Shown piece after piece: positions 1 through 8,573 of a DNA stretch of 64,000 nucleotides (positions are counted from its first letter, which is position 1; the number at the start of each line of letters is the position of its first letter). Under the pieces are notes generated by a model that had not been told where the DNA came from, made no database searches, and saw nothing but the letters and a program-made list of their open reading frames with translations. Position numbers and translations under genes: made by a program. The stretch is from an uncultured Thermodesulfatator sp. (GTDB lineage: Bacteria; Desulfobacterota; Thermodesulfobacteria; Thermodesulfobacteriales; Thermodesulfobacteriaceae), in contig CAYXGJ010000002.1 of the NCBI GenBank assembly GCA_964464535.1, forward strand, positions 77,989-141,988, written 5' to 3'.

Positions 1-431
1 TTAAAAAAAAGGATTAAAGAAGAAGTTATGAAAAAGGCTAAGCTACCTTCTAAGGTTTTATTATTTTTAAGTTTAATTTTACCAAAATAATATCCAATTA
101 TAGAAGCACAAGGATCTGCTAAAGTTAAAATTAAAAGAATGATCTGAAAATATTTTAAATCTAAAATAAACCAGCTAAAAAAAATTCCAGCTAAAAAATA
201 CCAGGCATCATTTATTTTTTTATATTCTTCTTCTTTAAGAAGAGGTAACCACAGAAATTTTAGAGGAAGATACTTATAAAAAAATAAGCGCAAAAATTCA
301 AAAAGGGATAATCCTATCCATAAAAGTATTAAAATTAAACCTAAGGAAAAATAAGAAAATTTATAGCTTAAACCGTATAGGATTAATCCTACAGATATAT
401 GAAAAAGTTTTCTATAAAGATTTATTCCCAT
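1..431 (-). CDS. CTP-dependent polyprenol/diacylglycerol kinase family membrane protein (SEC59/DGK1/VTE5, COG0170), 3' end outside window
   Basis: Not in ORF track (no stop in window). Manual translation from ATG at 431, overlapping the guaA stop: [20 protein letters not shown]...[20 protein letters not shown]...[33 protein letters not shown]. RKxxH, ADPxAxxxG and KTxEGSxAFF are family hallmarks. Confidence 0.8.
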   Translation of the reverse strand, partial: MGINLYRKLFHISVGLILYGLSYKFSYFSLGLILILLWIGLSLFEFLRLFFYKYLPLKFLWLPLLKEEEYKKINDAWYFLAGIFFSWFILDLKYFQIILLILTLADPCASIIGYYFGKIKLKNNKTLEGSLAFFITSSLILFF

Positions 432-1969
432 TCAATAGTAGCAGGTGGTTTTGAAGAAATATCATAAACAACTCTGTTTACACCTTTTACCTCATTTATT
501 ATTCTATTTGATAATCTTTCTAAAATTTCATAAGAAAGTTTAACCCAATCCGCAGTCATAGCATCCTGACTTTCCACACACCTTATAGCTATTACATATT
601 CATAAGTTCTTAGATCTCCCATTACACCAACAGTTTTTATTGGAAGAAGAACAGCAAAACTTTGCCATACCTTATAATACCATCCTGATTTGAGCATTTC
701 TTCTGTTACAATTGCATCTGCTTCTCTTAAAATATTAAGTTTTTCTTCATCAATTTCTCCAATTATTCTTACGGCTAATCCTGGACCAGGAAAAGGCTGT
801 CTCCAAACTATATGTTTAGGGAGTCCTAAAAGTTCAGCAATTTTTCTCACTTCATCTTTAAAAAGTTCTCTTAAAGGTTCTATTAGTTTTAAATTCATTT
901 TTTCTGGAAGTGCGCCCACATTATGATGGGTTTTAATTGTTACAGAAGGTCCTCTAAAGGATGTACTTTCTATTACATCAGGGTAAAGGGTTCCTTGAGC
1001 AAGGTACCTAACATTTTCAAATTTTTTTGCTTCCTTTTCAAAAATTTCAATAAAGGTTTCCCCAATAATTCTTCTTTTTTCCTCTGGATCTTTAATCCCT
1101 TTTAGACGAGATAAAAATGTATAACCTGCATCTACATAATGAACTTTAAGTCCCAAGCTTCTCATCAAATCTAAAACCTCTTCAGGTTCATTTTTTCTTA
1201 AAAGACCATTATTTACAAAAATTGGGATTAATCTATCGCTTATAGCTTTATGAACAAGTATAGCTGTAACAGTAGAATCTATACCTCCTGAGAGGGCACA
1301 TATAACTTTTTCCTCATCTTTAACAAGGTTGCGAATATATTTTATAGTTTCTTCAATAAAGGAGGGCATATTCCAATCAGATTTACATTTACATACTTCA
1401 AAAAGGAAATTATTTAATATTTTTGTGCCTATCTCAGTATGTATGACTTCTGGATGAAACTGAACTCCGTATAAAGCTTTATTCTCATGAGCTATTGCTG
1501 CAAAAGGAGAATTTTCAGTTTTTGCTAAAGCATAAAAACCTTCAGGTAATTTTTCAATTCTATCACTATGACTCATCCATACTTTATATTTTTTGCTTTT
1601 TTTGAGCCCTTTAAAAAGTTTATTGGTTTTTAAAATTTCTATATAAGCTGGTCCAAATTCTCTTTTATCACTTTTTTCAACAGCTCCTCCTAAAATATAG
1701 GTGATTAACTGAACACCATAACATATCCCTAAAATTGGTATTTTTAGATCAAAAATTTCTTTATTAATAAGAGGTGCATTTTTATCATATACACTACTTG
1801 GACCACCAGAAAAAATTATGCCAGAAGGAGAAAAATTTTTAATTTCTTCTAAGCTAACGAAACAGGATTTAATTTCACTATAAACTCCAAGTTCTCTTAT
1901 TCTACGAGCAATAAGCTGAGTAGTTTGAGAACCAAAATCAATAACTAAAACCTTATTTTTGGGATGCAT
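422..1969 (-). CDS. guaA: GMP synthase (glutamine-hydrolysing)
   Basis: GATase motifs DFGSQ, GICYG, QFHPE; synthetase motifs [39 protein letters not shown]. Likely start is ATG 1969 ([15 protein letters not shown]); the track's 2035 start overlaps the upstream gene. Confidence 0.98.
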   Translation of the reverse strand: MHPKNKVLVIDFGSQTTQLIARRIRELGVYSEIKSCFVSLEEIKNFSPSGIIFSGGPSSVYDKNAPLINKEIFDLKIPILGICYGVQLITYILGGAVEKSDKREFGPAYIEILKTNKLFKGLKKSKKYKVWMSHSDRIEKLPEGFYALAKTENSPFAAIAHENKALYGVQFHPEVIHTEIGTKILNNFLFEVCKCKSDWNMPSFIEETIKYIRNLVKDEEKVICALSGGIDSTVTAILVHKAISDRLIPIFVNNGLLRKNEPEEVLDLMRSLGLKVHYVDAGYTFLSRLKGIKDPEEKRRIIGETFIEIFEKEAKKFENVRYLAQGTLYPDVIESTSFRGPSVTIKTHHNVGALPEKMNLKLIEPLRELFKDEVRKIAELLGLPKHIVWRQPFPGPGLAVRIIGEIDEEKLNILREADAIVTEEMLKSGWYYKVWQSFAVLLPIKTVGVMGDLRTYEYVIAIRCVESQDAMTADWVKLSYEILERLSNRIINEVKGVNRVVYDISSKPPATIEWE

Positions 1970-1974
1970 TTTTT

Positions 1975-2445
1975 TTATCTTCTTGTTTTTCTTAAAAAAA
2001 TTAATCCTAAAAGTAAAACTAATACTAAAAAACAAATTTCTAATAATTCTATAAGAGAATATTTTAATTTTTCAATAGGAACATCTTTGGTATGGGATAT
2101 TTCAAAACTTAAAATAAGAAGTCTTCTTATTAAAGCAGTTATTGCTACTAAAAGGAAAGGCTCTATACATTTTGTTGCACTTTCTTCTAATAAAGCAACT
2201 TTAACAGTATAAAAGATTTCTGTAAAAATTAAAGCAATTAAAACTTTATCTAGAAAAAGAATAGCAGCTTGGCTAAAGTTTTCATAAGAAAAAATATTTA
2301 AAAGGATTTTAAAGCCATCAAAAACAATTAGTGTAAATCCTAATAATAAACCTATAGAGATCAGATAATAGCCTATTTCTTCAAATCTTAAAAGAAAGGT
2401 TTTACTAGATATTAGCCAAGATTTAGGGTTTTTATTAATTTTCAT
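1975..2445 (-). CDS. Phosphate-starvation-inducible PsiE-like membrane protein
   Basis: Four hydrophobic segments; [17 protein letters not shown] and [17 protein letters not shown] match the PsiE-like pattern. Confidence 0.7.
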   Translation of the reverse strand: MKINKNPKSWLISSKTFLLRFEEIGYYLISIGLLLGFTLIVFDGFKILLNIFSYENFSQAAILFLDKVLIALIFTEIFYTVKVALLEESATKCIEPFLLVAITALIRRLLILSFEISHTKDVPIEKLKYSLIELLEICFLVLVLLLGLIFLRKTRR

Positions 2446-3010
2446 CTAAAAACTCATTTAAAGAATTATATTTTGTCATAGTTTTAAAAAATCCCAAATT
2501 GAGAACATCTTCCAGGGCAGAGGAAGCAATTTCTAAAATTTTTAATACTTTTGGTTTTTCCTCATCTAAAAAAGGAGAGAGCACATAATCCATAACTGAG
2601 CCATTTAAAGGCTTACCTATTCCTAACCTCATTCTAGGAAATTCTGTAGTTCCTAAAGATTCAATTATAGAAAGCATTCCTTTATGTCCCCCTGCTCCAC
2701 CCTTAGGTAAAATTTTAATTTTCCCTAGTGGTAAATCTAGATCATCATAAATTATAAGTAAATTGGTAGAGGCAATATTTTCTCTTGTTATCCATTTTTT
2801 AACAGCTCTTCCCGAGAGGTTCATATAGGTTAAAGGTTTTATTAAAATTGCTTTATCTTCATAAAATGCAGCTTCACTTTCCAAATCTTTATAAAACTTA
2901 AAATTTAAGTTATGTTTTTTAGCAAAATTATCTATAACTAAAAAACCAAAATTATGTCTGGTATCTTTATACTTTTCCCCTGGATTCCCAAGACCACAAA
3001 AAAGCCACAT
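2435..3010 (-). CDS. pth: Peptidyl-tRNA hydrolase
   Basis: GLGNPGEKYKDTRHNFGF, KPLTYMNLSG, YDDLDLP, GGAGGHKG; conserved prs-rplY-pth order. Confidence 0.97.
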   Translation of the reverse strand: MWLFCGLGNPGEKYKDTRHNFGFLVIDNFAKKHNLNFKFYKDLESEAAFYEDKAILIKPLTYMNLSGRAVKKWITRENIASTNLLIIYDDLDLPLGKIKILPKGGAGGHKGMLSIIESLGTTEFPRMRLGIGKPLNGSVMDYVLSPFLDEEKPKVLKILEIASSALEDVLNLGFFKTMTKYNSLNEFLDEN

Positions 3011-3015
3011 TTAAA

Positions 3016-3630
3016 TTATTTGGTTGGTTTTTTTGGAATTTCCTCTTTTATTTCTTCTGTCTCTTCTTTTGCCTCAGTCAATATAGTTGCTACTGTTTCT
3101 TCTAGATTATCAATCACTTTAATTCCTTTAGGAATTTTTATATCTTTTACATGTAAAACATCTCCAATATCAAGATTACTTACATCAACAATTATTTTAT
3201 CAGGTATATCAGAAGGAAGGCATTCTACGGTTAATTCATGTAATAAAATTTCTAAAATACCTCCTTTACTAATTCCAACAGGTTTACCTATAAATTCTAA
3301 AGGAACATCTATGGTTATAGTTTCTTTTTCATGAATAGCAAGAAAATCAATATGAATTATTTTATCTGTAACAGGATGAATCTGATAATCTTTTAAAATA
3401 GCTTGTATTTTTGATGGTTCTTTATCAGTTAGTTGTAAGTTAAAAAAAATGGTTTCTCCTTTATATTTTATCAATGCACTTTCCAATTCACTTGATTTTA
3501 CAGCAATAGGTAAGGGTTGAAAGCGAGGTCCATATATTATAGCAGGAATTAATCCCTGTTTTCTTAATTTCTTATTAATTTCTTTGCCTGTTTTTTCTCT
3601 TTTAATAGCATTTAAGATAACCTGTTTCAT
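3016..3630 (-). CDS. rplY: 50S ribosomal protein L25/Ctc (long form)
   Basis: LRKQGLIPAIIYG, QIHPVTDKIIHIDF, C-terminal beta domain; sits between prs and pth. Confidence 0.95.
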   Translation of the reverse strand: MKQVILNAIKREKTGKEINKKLRKQGLIPAIIYGPRFQPLPIAVKSSELESALIKYKGETIFFNLQLTDKEPSKIQAILKDYQIHPVTDKIIHIDFLAIHEKETITIDVPLEFIGKPVGISKGGILEILLHELTVECLPSDIPDKIIVDVSNLDIGDVLHVKDIKIPKGIKVIDNLEETVATILTEAKEETEEIKEEIPKKPTK

Positions 3631-3654
3631 TTTTTTCTCACCTCCTGTAAATTT

Positions 3655-4602
3655 TTAAATAAATAAAGAACTAATAGATTCATCAGTATGTATTCTTTTT
3701 ATAGCTTCACCTAAAAGATTAGCTACAGATAAGACCTTTATTTTTTCTAAAGCTTTTGCTTCCTCTTTTAAAGGTATGGTATCACTAATAAAAAGTGCTT
3801 TTAAAGAAGATTTTTTAATTCTTTCTATAGCATTTCCAGATAAAACTGGATGAGTAGCCATTCCATAAACTTCAATTGCTCCTCTTTCTATTATAGCATC
3901 TGCTGCTTGACACATGGTTCCTGCTGTATCTATCAAATCATCTATAATAATAGCTATTTTATTCTTTACCTCACCTACAATGTTCATAACTGCGCTTTCA
4001 TTAGGTTTTTCTCTTCTTTTATCTACAATAGCAATCCCTGTATTTAATCTTTTTGCGTATTCTCTTGCTCTTTCAACTCCACCAGCATCTGGGGAAACAA
4101 TAACAATATTGTTACTTGGGAAATTTTCTTTTATATATTTAAGAAAGACTGGCAAAGCATATAAATGATCTACAGGAATATCAAAGAATCCTTGAATTTG
4201 ACCAACATGAAGATCCATAGTAAGGACCCTTCTTGCACCAGCAACAACTATCAAATTAGCAACTAATTTAGCTGAAATAGGGGTACGGGGAGCTGTTTTT
4301 CTATCCTGTCTTGCATACCCATAATAAGGAATAACAGCTGTTATCCTTCTTGCTGAAGCCCTGCGAGCAGCATCTATCATAATTAATAATTCCATTAAAT
4401 TCTCATTAACAGGTGGACATGTAGGTTGAATAATAAATACATCAGATCCTCTTATATTTTCTTTTATTTCTACAAAGAGCTCTCCGTCACTAAACCTCCT
4501 AATTGTACATTCTCCTAAAGGAATATTTAGATAATGGCAAATTTTTTGAGAAAGTTCTAGATTAGCAGTTCCTGAGAAAACTTTGAATTGGTTTATAGGC
4601 AT
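3655..4602 (-). CDS. prs: Ribose-phosphate pyrophosphokinase
   Basis: [41 protein letters not shown]; SD AGGAGG upstream. Confidence 0.98.
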   Translation of the reverse strand: MPINQFKVFSGTANLELSQKICHYLNIPLGECTIRRFSDGELFVEIKENIRGSDVFIIQPTCPPVNENLMELLIMIDAARRASARRITAVIPYYGYARQDRKTAPRTPISAKLVANLIVVAGARRVLTMDLHVGQIQGFFDIPVDHLYALPVFLKYIKENFPSNNIVIVSPDAGGVERAREYAKRLNTGIAIVDKRREKPNESAVMNIVGEVKNKIAIIIDDLIDTAGTMCQAADAIIERGAIEVYGMATHPVLSGNAIERIKKSSLKALFISDTIPLKEEAKALEKIKVLSVANLLGEAIKRIHTDESISSLFI

Positions 4603-4624
4603 AGGAAATCCCTCCTTTTAAAAA

Positions 4625-5458
4625 TTAATCTAAATTTTTTACTAAAAATACTTTACAATCCTTCAAAAGAGATTTTAAAATTTTATAAACAAAAAAAGGT
4701 GGTTCTTCATAAAATACACCAAAAATAGAAGACCCTGTTCCACTTATACTTACTGCACAAGCTCCAAATTTTTTTAAAATATCTTTATAGTTTTTTAAAT
4801 TTTCATATTTTTCAAAAATTAATCTTTCGAAATCATTAATAAGTCCTTGAGGTTGATACCAAGGAGGAATTTCGCTGTTATAATAAATCGGATTTTTTGA
4901 TTTTGTCAATCCTAAATTTTCATAAGCCCATTTAGTACTAATTTGGAAATTGGGATATATTATAATATACCAGGCTGGAAAATTTGGGAAAGGGATTATT
5001 TCATCCCCAATTCCTACTCCTATGGCAGAAAGATAGGGACTCAAAAAAAAGGGAACATCAGCTCCTAAGATCTTAGCTAAATTATAAAGAGTTTCTGAAT
5101 CTATACCATAAAGATAAGAAAGTCCTTTTAAAATAGAGGCTGCGTTACTACTTCCTCCTCCTAGTCCTGCACCAATAGGGATAGCCTTTTTAACCTTTAT
5201 AGCTGATTCTTCTTTTATACCAAAAGTTTCTTTAAATAGCTTATAGGCTTTATAAGCCAGATTTTCTTCTAAAGATATAGGGAAATTACAAAAAAAATCT
5301 AAAGAAAAGCTTCTTACTCCACTTTTTATTTCAATTTCATCAAAGAGATCAATTTTTTGAAAAATAGTATATATTTCATGATAATTATCCTCTCTTTTTT
5401 TTAAGACTTGAAGGGTAAGATTAATTTTTGCAGGGGAAAGAAGAAAATAACTTTTCAT
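4625..5458 (-). CDS. ispE: 4-diphosphocytidyl-2-C-methyl-D-erythritol kinase
   Basis: PAKINLTL, GHMP motif IPIGAGLGGGSSNAA, GADVPFF, SGTGSS. Confidence 0.93.
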   Translation of the reverse strand: MKSYFLLSPAKINLTLQVLKKREDNYHEIYTIFQKIDLFDEIEIKSGVRSFSLDFFCNFPISLEENLAYKAYKLFKETFGIKEESAIKVKKAIPIGAGLGGGSSNAASILKGLSYLYGIDSETLYNLAKILGADVPFFLSPYLSAIGVGIGDEIIPFPNFPAWYIIIYPNFQISTKWAYENLGLTKSKNPIYYNSEIPPWYQPQGLINDFERLIFEKYENLKNYKDILKKFGACAVSISGTGSSIFGVFYEEPPFFVYKILKSLLKDCKVFLVKNLD

Positions 5459-5466
5459 GATAAAAT

Positions 5467-5739
5467 TTATTCAACCAATTTTAAGAACTTAAGTTTGAGC
5501 TCATAAATAATACTTTGTAAAAGTTTTTCTTCATCTAAAGAGAGATTTCCTTTTGTCTTTTCTCTTAACATTTCTAAAGTATCTATAGTTTGTTTGGCAA
5601 GGGTTAAATTAACTTGCTTTTTATTAGTTATAGGATCAGGTATTTCTCCTAAATGAACTAAAGCAGCAGTATTTAAAGAAAGAACAAAAGTACTAAAGGT
5701 TATAAGATTAGAAAAAACCTCATCATATTCTTTACTCAT
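5467..5739 (-). CDS. DUF1844 family protein
   Basis: FSTFVLSL...LVHLGEIPDP...NLTLAKQTIDTLEMLREKTKGNLSLDEEKLL pattern. Confidence 0.8.
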   Translation of the reverse strand: MSKEYDEVFSNLITFSTFVLSLNTAALVHLGEIPDPITNKKQVNLTLAKQTIDTLEMLREKTKGNLSLDEEKLLQSIIYELKLKFLKLVE

Positions 5740-5742
5740 AAC

Positions 5743-6111
5743 TCATTTCTCCCTCTTTTTAGTTACTATAAGTTCTGTTCTACAAATATATCCACCTTTT
5801 ATAGGTTTTCTTGTTTCTAAGGTTTCATGAAGTTTTTTTATTTTGTCTGTAGAATAAAATTCTTTAGCCTTCTCTAAAAAACGTTTTGCATCTTTAACTT
5901 TTCCATCTATTAAGTAATCCCTTGCCCTTTTTAAAATAGCTCTTTCTCTCTCAGAAACTCTTGCACTTCTGTCTTGAAATCCAAATATAGAAGGTAGTTT
6001 TATTACATGATTAGAATTACATTTAGGGCAGGGTGGAAAATCCTCTTCCAATTTTTGTAAAGACTCAAAAATTTCTCCACATATTTCGCATTTAAACTCG
6101 TAAATAGGCAT
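5743..6111 (-). CDS. FmdB family zinc-ribbon protein with C-terminal helical extension
   Basis: MPIYEFKCEICG...CPKCNS...KLPSIFG zinc ribbon, followed by about 70 extra residues. Confidence 0.8.
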   Translation of the reverse strand: MPIYEFKCEICGEIFESLQKLEEDFPPCPKCNSNHVIKLPSIFGFQDRSARVSERERAILKRARDYLIDGKVKDAKRFLEKAKEFYSTDKIKKLHETLETRKPIKGGYICRTELIVTKKREK

Positions 6112-6145
6112 ATTTTTATTATAATATCTATTTTAAACTTTACAA
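6112..6145 (-). promoter_or_regulatory. Sigma70-type promoter TTGTAA-16-TATAAT ending 6 nt before the ATG (probably leaderless)
   Basis: Minus strand: TTGTAA 6145-6140, TATAAT 6123-6118, AAAAAT, ATG 6111; no SD. Confidence 0.6.
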
Positions 6146-6235
6146 TAAATCCTAAATTGGAGATTTAAAAATGCTTTTAAATTTATTAAAATGTTTTATA
6201 CTACCAAATTAAAACCTAAAATAACCTTTTAAACT

Positions 6236-7288
6236 ATGTTTAAATATTTAGATAATTGGATATTACTGGTTTTGGTATCAATTGTATTAGGATTATTTAT
6301 ATATTTGCTTAGTCCATTATTTTATATTTTTTGTTGGGCAGCAATTCTGGCTTTTTTTATTTATCCCCTATATAGGTTTATTAATTTAAAACTCAAAAAT
6401 CACAAAAGAATTTCTGCTATAATTGTAATAATGAGTCTTTTAATTTTTATCATAGTTCCTTTTGGATTTGTTTTATTTAGTTTTTACTCTCAGATTTTAT
6501 CATTTTTAAAAGGTTTGGAACCACTTACTCAAAAGGATTTAACAGAATTTATCGAAAGTTTTAAAAAATACCCCCATATTTATGTATTAGTTTCTAAAAT
6601 AATCGATCAAATCCAGCCTTATATTCCTCAAATTCAGGAAAAATTAGCTCAATTTATTTCAAATTTATTTCAAAGTGGGTTAGGATTTTTGAAAAATTTT
6701 ATTAAGTTTCTTTTTTCTTTTGGTTTTCAAATGGCATTTACTTTAATTACTCTTTATTATCTTTTAGTTGATGGAGAAAAATTTATAAATGAAACAATAA
6801 AACTTATTCCCGGAGAAAAAGAAGAGAAAGAAAAGATCTTACAAAGAATATCTTTTATTTTGAAAGGTGTTTTATATGGAAATATTTTAACAGCTCTTAT
6901 TCAAGGTTTTTTAGCTTTTTTCATATATTTTATATTAGGTATTCCTCAATATTTACTTTGGGCTTTTTTAACTATAATTGCTTCTTTTTTACCAATTTTT
7001 GGAACAGGGTTGATCTGGCTTCCTTTAACTATTTATTTACTACTTGTAGGAAGTTATATAAAGGCTTTTATCCTTTTACTTTATTCCACTTTAATAATTG
7101 CTCAAGTAGATAATATTTTAAAACCTTTTCTTATTGGAGGAAGAACAGGGATTCACAATCTTCTTGTCTTTTTTTCAGTTCTTGGTGGTCTTGCTAAATT
7201 TGGACTTTTGGGTCTTTTTCTTGGTCCAGTTATTCTTGGTTTAGTTCTTTCAATAATAGAAATTTACAAAATAAAGATTCCGCATTAA
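6236..7288 (+). CDS. AI-2E family transporter (PerM/TqsA-like)
   Basis: Multi-TM protein with DNILKPFLIG and VLGGLAKFGLLGLFLGPVILGL motifs. Confidence 0.88.
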   Translation: MFKYLDNWILLVLVSIVLGLFIYLLSPLFYIFCWAAILAFFIYPLYRFINLKLKNHKRISAIIVIMSLLIFIIVPFGFVLFSFYSQILSFLKGLEPLTQKDLTEFIESFKKYPHIYVLVSKIIDQIQPYIPQIQEKLAQFISNLFQSGLGFLKNFIKFLFSFGFQMAFTLITLYYLLVDGEKFINETIKLIPGEKEEKEKILQRISFILKGVLYGNILTALIQGFLAFFIYFILGIPQYLLWAFLTIIASFLPIFGTGLIWLPLTIYLLLVGSYIKAFILLLYSTLIIAQVDNILKPFLIGGRTGIHNLLVFFSVLGGLAKFGLLGLFLGPVILGLVLSIIEIYKIKIPH

Positions 7289-7293
7289 ATTTC

Positions 7294-8124
7294 ATGCCTG
7301 AACTTCCTGAAGTAGAAACAATTAAAAAGAATTTAGAAAGTAAACTAATTGGGCAAAAATTAAAAAATATTATAGTTTTCAATCAAGATTTTATCTTAAA
7401 AAACAAAATCAAAAATTTAAATACTATTGTGAATACAAAACTCCTTTCCATTAAAAGAAAAGGGAAATATTTAATTTTCTTTTTTGAAAAAGAGACTCTT
7501 CTTTTTCATTTAGGTTTGACAGGATCTTTCAATCTTTTTAGTAATAAAGATAAAGAAGAAATAACAGAAAAAGAGAAAAAGCATTTTATATTGAATTTTC
7601 AATTTGAAACACATGAATTAGTTTATTCTGACATAAGAAAATTCGGCAAAATTAGAAAGGCAAGGATTGAGGAAATTTCAACCCTTAAAGAACTAAAAAA
7701 TCTTGGTAAAGATGCTTTAGAAATAGATTTTGAAGAATTTAAAACCATATTTTTAAAAAGAAATAGGAACATAAAAAATTTATTAATGGATCAAAAAGTT
7801 ATATCTGGCTTAGGTAATATTTATGTAAATGAACTTCTTTTTAGAGCTCAAATAAGTCCGTTTAAAAATTCTAAAGATCTAAAAGAAAAAGAAATAAAAA
7901 AATTATTTTTTCAAATGAAAAAATTATTAAAAGAAGCTATAAGTTTTAGAGGATCTTCAATTAAAAACTATGTGGATGCACAGGGTAAAAAGGGAGAATT
8001 TCAAAATAGATTTTTAGTTTATGGGAAGAAAAATATGGTTTGTCTAAAATGCGGAGAGAGTTTAAGATATCAAAAAATATCTCAAAGAGGAACATTTTAT
8101 TGTCCTAATTGTCAGTCTATATAA
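7294..8124 (+). CDS. mutM: Formamidopyrimidine-DNA glycosylase/AP lyase
   Basis: N-terminal MPELPEVE, RKGKYL, HLGLTG, H2TH LMDQKVISGLGNIY, C-terminal CLKC...CPNC zinc finger. Confidence 0.96.
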   Translation: MPELPEVETIKKNLESKLIGQKLKNIIVFNQDFILKNKIKNLNTIVNTKLLSIKRKGKYLIFFFEKETLLFHLGLTGSFNLFSNKDKEEITEKEKKHFILNFQFETHELVYSDIRKFGKIRKARIEEISTLKELKNLGKDALEIDFEEFKTIFLKRNRNIKNLLMDQKVISGLGNIYVNELLFRAQISPFKNSKDLKEKEIKKLFFQMKKLLKEAISFRGSSIKNYVDAQGKKGEFQNRFLVYGKKNMVCLKCGESLRYQKISQRGTFYCPNCQSI

Positions 8125-8166
8125 ATTAACTTTTATAAAAATTTTAATTTTTCTTTAAAAAAACCC

Positions 8167-8194
8167 TTGACAAAATTTAGAAAATTCGTATAAA
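8167..8194 (+). promoter_or_regulatory. Sigma70-type promoter of the HU gene
   Basis: TTGACA 8167-8172, 16 nt, TATAAA 8189-8194; SD AGGAGG before ATG 8232. Confidence 0.55.
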
Positions 8195-8231
8195 AAATAA
8201 AAATAAGAAAAATTCAATAAAAGGAGGGGGT

Positions 8232-8510
8232 ATGAATAAGGCAGAATTAGTAAAAAGAATGGCAGAAATTGCAGAAGTACCTAAAGCAGCTGCAGAGAAG
8301 CTTTTAGATGCTTTTATGAAAGCAGTTGAGGAGGCAGTATCTAAAGGAGACAAGGTTGTATTAGTTGGATTTGGAAGCTTTCAAGTGGTTAAAAGAGCTG
8401 CCAGAGAAGGAAGAAATCCAAGAACTGGTAAACCCCTTAAAATTCCTGCCAAGAAGGTGGTAAAATTTAAACCTGGTAAAAAGCTTGAAGTAGCAGCTCA
8501 AAAAAGGTAA
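8232..8510 (+). CDS. hup: DNA-binding protein HU
   Basis: MNKAELV, GFGSF, AREGRNPRTG, KFKPGK. Confidence 0.95.
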   Translation: MNKAELVKRMAEIAEVPKAAAEKLLDAFMKAVEEAVSKGDKVVLVGFGSFQVVKRAAREGRNPRTGKPLKIPAKKVVKFKPGKKLEVAAQKR

Positions 8511-8518
8511 AATTTTTT

Positions 8519-8555
8519 AATTTTAATTGGGGGAATTTTTCCCCCAATTAAAATT
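8519..8555. terminator. Probable bidirectional intrinsic terminator
   Basis: Perfect hairpin AATTTTAATTGGGGGAA-TTT-TTCCCCCAATTAAAATT followed by a T-run, between the convergent hup and 844-aa genes. Confidence 0.75.
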
Positions 8556-8573
8556 TTTTTATTAAAAAAGTTT

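Noticed and set aside
1970-2035. N-terminal extension of guaA given by the ORF track (start 2035)
   Set aside because: Overlaps the psiE-like gene; the Phe/Lys low-complexity extension precedes the normal GuaA start at ATG 1969.
5042-5050. Homopolymer A/T tracts as phase-variation sites (example in ispE; others throughout)
   Set aside because: Expected at this AT content; reading frames are intact and the genes are housekeeping.
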